From: Octopus vulgaris
Taxonomy: Eukaryota
Direction of reading: 5' to 3'
Assembly (NCBI GenBank): GCA_951406725.2
Contig: OX597817.1
Location: forward strand, 57,970,001 to 58,034,000
Length of the DNA stretch: 64,000 nucleotides
A program made the position numbers and the translations under genes. Positions 57,384 through 64,000 of this stretch are shown one piece after another. Position 1 is the stretch's first letter. Every line of letters starts with the position of its first letter. The notes below the pieces were generated by a model. That model was not told the origin of the DNA. It searched no databases and saw only the letters and a list, made by a program, of their open reading frames with translations.

Positions 57384-57940
57384 GTAAGGCCACGCACCTT
57401 GTTTGCATTTGAACTTACTATAACTCGCAATCCCCTGGTTCCAGGTTCTACCCACAGTGCGTCACATTAGCAAGTGCCGTCTTCGTGAACCTTTGTTTGT
57501 CTTATATCGCAATACTACACAGAGGTTGTGTGTTCTATCTCGTCCTCGTCGCCACTGTTATGTCACACGTTCGGATGCCTTCTACTTAACTCTCACCGCT
57601 ATTCTCTTCTAGTCTGACCTCGACGTCTAGGCTTCTCCCTCTATATCTACGTATTGGGCTAGCCTACTTCATCGTCTGGGGGCATCCATACAACAGTATA
57701 TATATATATATATATATATATAGTCAACACACAAGACAGCTATTATGCTCTCCCCCACAAAAAACCACCACGTGGATTCTGTTGAAACAATTATGAACTT
57801 TTTTATTACACTTAACTTTTTAAAAATATTTTAAAATATTTTTGATAAGGTTCGTTTTTTCAAGAAGAACCGAAACATGTAAAATTTCTAAGAAAATTTT
57901 AAAAATGTATCTTATATAATGTCATTTTCAAACTTTATAT

Positions 57941-57999
<59 letters not shown>

Positions 58000-58638
58000 G
58001 TCAGTAGGGTTGCTGGATGGTTTACAGTGTCTGACCGAGTCATTTAATTTTGTCACGAAATCCAGATCAAATACACAAGTAATCTATATTGTATTACAGA
58101 GATTGTACTGATAAAATACTTATGGTTGCAAACTATGTCTGCTATGCTGACGTTCCTGTTTCTGATGACAATGGAAAAAAAGGCGTCTCCAATAACATAT
58201 CAGCTCTTTTTCTATTGTGTCCGACTACACGGGAATAATAATTATGAGAGCTTTTGTTATATATATATATATATATTAATAGTTCTAAGTCTCTCTAAAG
58301 GAGACTACGGCAGCGGTATTGGATATTAATAGTTATCACCAAGCTAACAAGGCAGTCCAGAAAAATAGGACGAATGTGCCGTTGATTAGCTCCAAGAGGC
58401 CATAACCTCTGGCTAGCTATGTGACACATGATCCTGTGTCCATTATAACCTTCGAACAGGAGAGGTCAGCCGCTTCCCCTTGCTGGTCTGGCATCTACAG
58501 ACTAGTTTCAGGGTATTTGTCCCTTATCAATGTAGAGTAGCCGAACCAAGCAGGCGTGGCTACTGACCGTCTGTTCGAAAGATTATTTACCTAAAATTCA
58601 GTGGAATACACCCACTGGTTTTCAAAAATAGAAATATT

Positions 58639-58702
<64 letters not shown>

Positions 58703-58806
58703 TCTCTCTCTGGCACAATCGTTTGCACACCGGGTAAACACATATATATATATGTAGATATCTATCTTTCTACTTATCTCTCTCTCTCCCTCTCTCCCTC
58801 TGTATG

Positions 58807-58951
<145 letters not shown>

Positions 58952-59011
58952 CTATGTATGAGCTGAAAGTTTTACCTCATTTTAAATCTTTTTTTCGTTG
59001 TTGTTTTGTAG

Positions 59012-59049
59012 GAAGCGGATCGAATTGGAGGGCAACCCAGACACTAGAG
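59012..59049 (+). CDS. M12B gene exon H, 38-nt small exon: (R)KRIELEGNPDTR(G)
   Basis: Acceptor tttttcgttgttgttttgtAG; donor GAG|gtagga; phase 2/1, which is exactly what is needed to join exons G and I in frame. Confidence 0.8.
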
Positions 59050-59339
59050 GTAGGATACCTTGGGTGGATTTATTTTGTAGTTGCCGTTGTTGTTGTTGTT
59101 GTTGTTGCTGATAATGTTATTTTTATTGTTGTTGTTTTTGTTAACATTGCATTCCACAGCTTTCTATAGTTCCACAAAACCATTCCAACACCAAATACTT
59201 CCACATTGATAATTCCATCAAATTGTTCCACAAGGCAACAAGATGGCCAGAGCATTGGTGCGTCGATCAAAAGTAGTTATATCTTGATTCCGCACCAAGA
59301 GTTCCTCATCATTCCTTCTTCATTATTACTTTCACATTA

Positions 59340-59550
59340 GGGCGGCGAGCTGGCAGAATGGTTAGCACGCTGGGCGAAATGCTTGCGGTATTTCGCCCGT
59401 CGCTCCGTTCTGAGTTCAAATTCCGCCGAGGTCGACTTTGCTGTTCATCCTTTCGGAGTCGATTAAATAAGTACCAGTTACGCACTGGGGTCGATATAAT
59501 CGATTTCATCTGTTTGTCTGTCCTTGTTTGTCCTCTCTATGTTTAGCCCC
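59340..59550 (+). mobile_element. SINE family B copy
   Basis: Head ggcggcgagctggcagaa and full body. Confidence 0.85.
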
Positions 59551-59828
59551 TTTTGTTAACATTGCATTCCACAGCTTTCTATAGTTCCACAAAACCATTC
59601 CAACACCAAATAATTCCACATTGATAATTCCATCAAATTGTGTTCTTCAGCAGAACACTTTCTTTCACGTTGCTGCAGTAAATGAGTGACCCTACTATGG
59701 ACTGGTGTCCAGTTCAGGAGAAATCTTGTGATCTCGGTCATTTATATGCTACAGAAATCAGGAAACCTCGGACTCGGGACAGTAATGACCATGGGTTGAT
59801 GATAACGTGCCTAATATATCAATATGAC

Positions 59829-60113
59829 CAGTGGTTCTCAGCCGAGGTCCACATAAACCTTGTGAATGTGTGTGGGGGGATCCATATAAAATTTTGTTGC
59901 TAAAATTTATTTTAGGACACAGATAATCCTTTAATCCTTTCATATCTCCGATAAACTGGTTTACTTCTGCAGCACACAAAATATTTAAAAAATGTTTAAA
60001 TACAATTCCTAATTATGTTTAATTATAAATATGCAATATATCTTAAACATCGAATGGCTATGAGAACCCATCCGAGTGGAATAAGAATTTTTAAAAATGG
60101 TTGAGAACCGCTG
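59829..60113. mobile_element. hAT (Charlie-like) MITE
   Basis: TIRs cagtggttctcagcc / ggttgagaaccgctg; right flank atctagac fits the NTCTAGAN target preference. Confidence 0.7.
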
Positions 60114-60177
60114 ATCTAGACTAAAATACGCTACCTTATCGAGTGCCAATGTTTTCTCATTTTCCCACCCGGTTTAG

Positions 60178-60286
60178 GTATAACGTACATGAGTGGTATA
60201 TGCAGTGGTAAATATTCCGCATCTGTTGTGAACAGTGGATCTGAAAACCTTGGTATTATCACCTCAACCCGCCTCCTGGGGCACAG
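60178..60286 (+). CDS. M12B gene exon I, degenerate zinc motif: GITYMSGICSGKYSASVVNSGSENLGIITSTRLLGH(S)
   Basis: Acceptor ttttcccacccggtttAG; donor CAG|gtaatc; phase 1/2; aligns by eye to G.Ay.g.iC...yS.svved.g......aHElGH. Confidence 0.9.
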
Positions 60287-60642
60287 GTAATCCTTTAATC
60301 CGTTCTTTTTTATACATTGTAATAATCTATAATTTATTCTACCACACCCGACACATCCAGCGTAAATCTTTTTTTTTTTTATGAGAAACAGTTAGTCAAG
60401 ACATTCGACAGTATATCGAGTATATATTGCAACAAAATTGTAACGGGTGGATTTTCATGTCTACGAACACTTAAACATTTGAATATTATCATATTGCTTC
60501 AACAAGTTTGGCCACGTCTGTCAACAGACTGACCGCATTTAAGTGTGTCAGAAACGATTCTTTAGATTCTTCGTGATTTTCGAGCCAACTAAAAATATCT
60601 CAACTTTCATATTGTGTTCTCTCTTCATTGCGTGTTTTGCAG

Positions 60643-60762
60643 CTTAAGCGCAGGTTACGTGGATATACCGGGTTGTACAACAAAGGATGATGGATTTACA
60701 GGAGAAACATTTGGTCTGTGTTCTATAAACTCCATAAAAAACAAAATCGAGAAACTATCGAG
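60643..60762 (+). CDS. M12B gene exon J, end of protease domain: (S)LSAGYVDIPGCTTKDDGFTGETFGLCSINSIKNKIEKLS
   Basis: Acceptor ctcttcattgcgtgttttgcAG; donor GAG|gtaagt; phase 2/2; C...F.LCS...I corresponds to the C...FS.CS...i end of M12B domains. The gene continues downstream, next exon not identified. Confidence 0.85.
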
Positions 60763-61091
60763 GTAAGTAACATTATACAATACACAATCTCCGGGGTCGT
60801 TGTTATTTCCTAATCGATTTTCTTCCGTTGATTTATTGAACAATTTCAAGTTTCATTACATCCCAAGTCAGTCATCACTTCAATCAGTCATAGTGTTTTC
60901 CTCATTCCCGATTGTGAATATTTCAGTTTATTTACGTCTTTAACGAACTTCAGAAAAGAGCAATAAACGTCATATTTTAATTAAATTTTCTTGTACTTTA
61001 CTATTATAACATCAAATGGTGTGAATCTTCTGTCCGTCCGTCCGTCCTTCCATCCATCCATCCATCCATCCATCCATCCATCCATCCATCT

Positions 61092-61147
<56 letters not shown>

Positions 61148-61550
61148 GCACTTATATATATTATATGACAAACAGATATATGTATGTGTGTGTTAGAGTT
61201 ATGACTTTTCCATAACCTAACAACCCCATACTGCAATTCAGTGAATAATTTCATAAAAGTCAGGAAACTAACATTTATTTTGCCGTATTTGCAAACAATA
61301 TCACCCCCAGCTTAAGAAATCGTCCTCGTTATTGGTTTTTTGTATTGTTTATACTTCTTTTTTGGGGTGGTGGGTACTATATATGATAGATCGCTAGCCA
61401 CTACATATTCTTTATTTTCTCTCCTGGTTTCTTTCTGTGGAAGAGCGTAGGCTCGAAACGCTAAAGACTTTTTCACTTCCCGAGCGTTATACTAATACAT
61501 ATGTTTGTTGTCTACATCACCTGTCTTTGTCTTTTGTTTTTTTGTGAATT

Positions 61551-61593
<43 letters not shown>

Positions 61594-61993
61594 TTGTATT
61601 TTCTCATAGCTCCCATGGTTACTGAGATAATCTACTATAATAATAATACTCTTGTGTTTATGAATGGGAAAGGAAGGGGTAATAGATGAATAAGGAAGGA
61701 AGGGGTGATGTCATACTTGGTAGTGGGATGATGAAAACTGTACGCAGAAAAAATAAATCAAACAGCGTTTCAACTCTGTGTTTGTATGTAAAAGTGAGGT
61801 ATGTGAATGCGTGTGTGTGTGCGTGTGTGTGTGCGTATGTGTGTTTGTGTGTATATGTGCGTGTGCGCGCGCAATGGAAGTGGGATGGTTCATCTTTGTT
61901 CACTTAGTATTAATGACATGCATGCATACATACAAACATGCATATACATACATATATAAATACATACATACATACATACATAGTTACATAGTT

Positions 61994-62038
<45 letters not shown>

Positions 62039-62223
62039 CACACACACATGCACACACGTGATTATTTCGATTCGTCAGGCTCAGAATCTGAGTCCGACGA
62101 ATTAGATTGATTTGAGAAGCCTACGAAATCTTACATTGTACGAGACCAAATCAAACTGTTTAAAATAATACGTAAATACGTAACCCTTACTAAATGTGTT
62201 GAGTACCTCTTCCGTTGGTTTGT

Positions 62224-62271
<48 letters not shown>

Positions 62272-63232
62272 ACATTTCTACGTGTATAGATATATACAGG
62301 TGCGACTACCCCGCGTCAGCGTAGACCTGTATTAAAGAGGAGGCTCAACACTACTCAAAACCATGAAACTCCTGAACCAGGGTGCTGCAACCGAATGCAA
62401 TTTAAAGTCCTACCCAGGACAATCGACGTTAAAGAGTAGATTAGTAAATTCAGAAAATTCAATGATTATTTTGATCGCGACAAAGAGATGAAATCTAAAA
62501 TTTCAGACAAGAAGCTTCCCTTGTCTCTCAGACAAATGGCCTCGTCTGAAAAGTTCGTCTTTTCATTCATTAGGCAAATTAATTTATTGCTAGACAGTGA
62601 TATTCCCATTTTTTTAAACATTGTACATCTATAAGAGATATAATCTCAGGACGAATACCACTGTTAATTTAGCTTTACGGGATGTGTCTGCTTTGATTAT
62701 GATACATTGATTGCTATTTTAAACTAATATTGCTTCTGTTGCGCATAACGAACTTATTGCACTTAGCGAACTTTTTTTCATCCTGAAATCAATTTGAAGC
62801 CAATGTCTGTAGCAATTGCTGACCGTTTGATGTGATAAATCTGACCTTCAAACTCTTTTTCTGTTTTTAAAATTCTGTGTTAATTAACCCCTGTGTCAAA
62901 GAGACACTGTCAAAATGTCAGCTTTAATTGAAAAAAAACTTGCAGTCAATTTGTTTAAAAGAACAACTTTTACCTTTTAACTGAAGCAATAACAATGAAA
63001 GTTTTACCTTCTATTAATTCCATCCTCGGCCAGAAGCGTTCCACTCCCTCTCTTCCCACCCTCCCTCTCTCTCTCTCATTTTCTCTCTCTCTCTCTCATT
63101 TTCTCTCTCTCTCTCTCATTTTCTCTCTCTCTCTCTCTCATTCTCTTTGTTGGTGTTTATATATTTTAATGAATTTCGACATTCTTTCACAGAATAACAA
63201 GAACAACAGTAACAACAGCAATAACGATAATG

Positions 63233-63295
<63 letters not shown>

Positions 63296-63625
63296 GGAGG
63301 AGGAGGAGGAGGAGAAAAAGAGGAAAAGGAAGAAGAATAGGAAGATGATGATGATGATGATAATGATGATGAAGAATAAGAAGAAGAAAAAGAAGAAGAA
63401 GAAGAAGAAGAAGGAGAAGAAGAAGAAGAAGAAGAAGAAGAAGAAGAAGAAGATTGTACTGATTATTGTTGAGTATATGGGGAACGGTATCAGAAGGCAG
63501 AAAGGACATGGGAGTGGAGTGCCCAGTAGTAAAACGCTTTGTGTCCTTGGCACGGGCAGTATAATCAGGAGAGTATTAGACAGCTGAAAAGAACAGGTAG
63601 CATGGTACCGTAGGCTAGAGATACC

Positions 63626-63659
<34 letters not shown>

Positions 63660-63769
63660 GGAAAACAGTTTAAGGTGGTATATAAAAAAATGCCGTGGAA
63701 CAAAAAAATGCCGTGGAACCAATGTCAATACATGTGAATACGTCCGGCATCATCAAAATTGATACTTAT

Positions 63770-64000
63770 GTGGAGAAAAAAAAAATTGAAAAGGAAAAAA
63801 TCACAGGAAAAAAATGGCATAAAAAGGGGGGAAACGTATGGTCAGTTTGCATGAGATATGTGTGGCAAAGACATATACAGAATTCCGATGGTTACGGATG
63901 AGGAGGAGTGACTTGAAGATAGAAATAGAAGCACTTATATGTGCAGCACAAGAACAATCAATTATGTGAAGTGTTACGGAGATGTACTTGCATAGCAAGT
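63770..64000 (+). mobile_element. R4/Dong-like LINE ORF remnant near (TAA)n tracts
   Basis: KWHKK..GQFA and DLKIEIEALICAAQEQSI resemble the LK.ETE..I.AAQEQ motif preceding the CCHC knuckle. Confidence 0.65.

Noticed and set aside
57217-57695. Apparent solo LTR with TGTTGTA...TACAACA inverted ends
   Set aside because: No target-site duplication, and the interval contains in-frame exon G (57238-57383) with the DHSILFT motif; the ends are probably coincidental.
58710-58733. WHNRLHTG|gtaaac resembling DHAMLFTG
   Set aside because: No acceptor upstream (only a CT microsatellite), and exon G already supplies this motif.
62487-62573. Possible next exon after exon J (TRSFPCLSDKWPRLK... contains CL)
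   Set aside because: Weak pyrimidine tract; the phase-2 frame required by exon J gives QEASLVSQTNGLV then a stop, and the CL frame is out of phase with no donor.

Overview
AT-rich, microsatellite-saturated animal genomic DNA. The SINE families and repeat landscape suggest an octopod cephalopod (inference, not verified). Almost all ORFs in the track are microsatellite artefacts. The main result is one spliced + strand gene reconstructed by hand from 10 GT-AG exons (25820-60762, 1165 nt, about 388 codons, every junction phase-compatible, no stops). It encodes an ADAM/ADAMTS-type (reprolysin, M12B) prodomain plus metalloprotease fold. The zinc motif HExxHxxGxxHD reads RLLGHSLSAGYVD, the Met-turn is missing, and the pro/catalytic linker has no furin site, so it looks like an intact but catalytically dead pseudoprotease. 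Its first and last exons were not located. A likely terminal coding exon of an upstream gene, with a His/Tyr block, lies at 577-861. The rest is transposon debris: tRNA-derived SINEs, Helitrons, Tc1/mariner, MITEs, CR1/RTE/R4-Dong LINE ends, and many Penelope-like fold-back remnants, several with type I hammerhead ribozyme motifs (two on the sense strand of one intron). Short locally templated insertions also occur.
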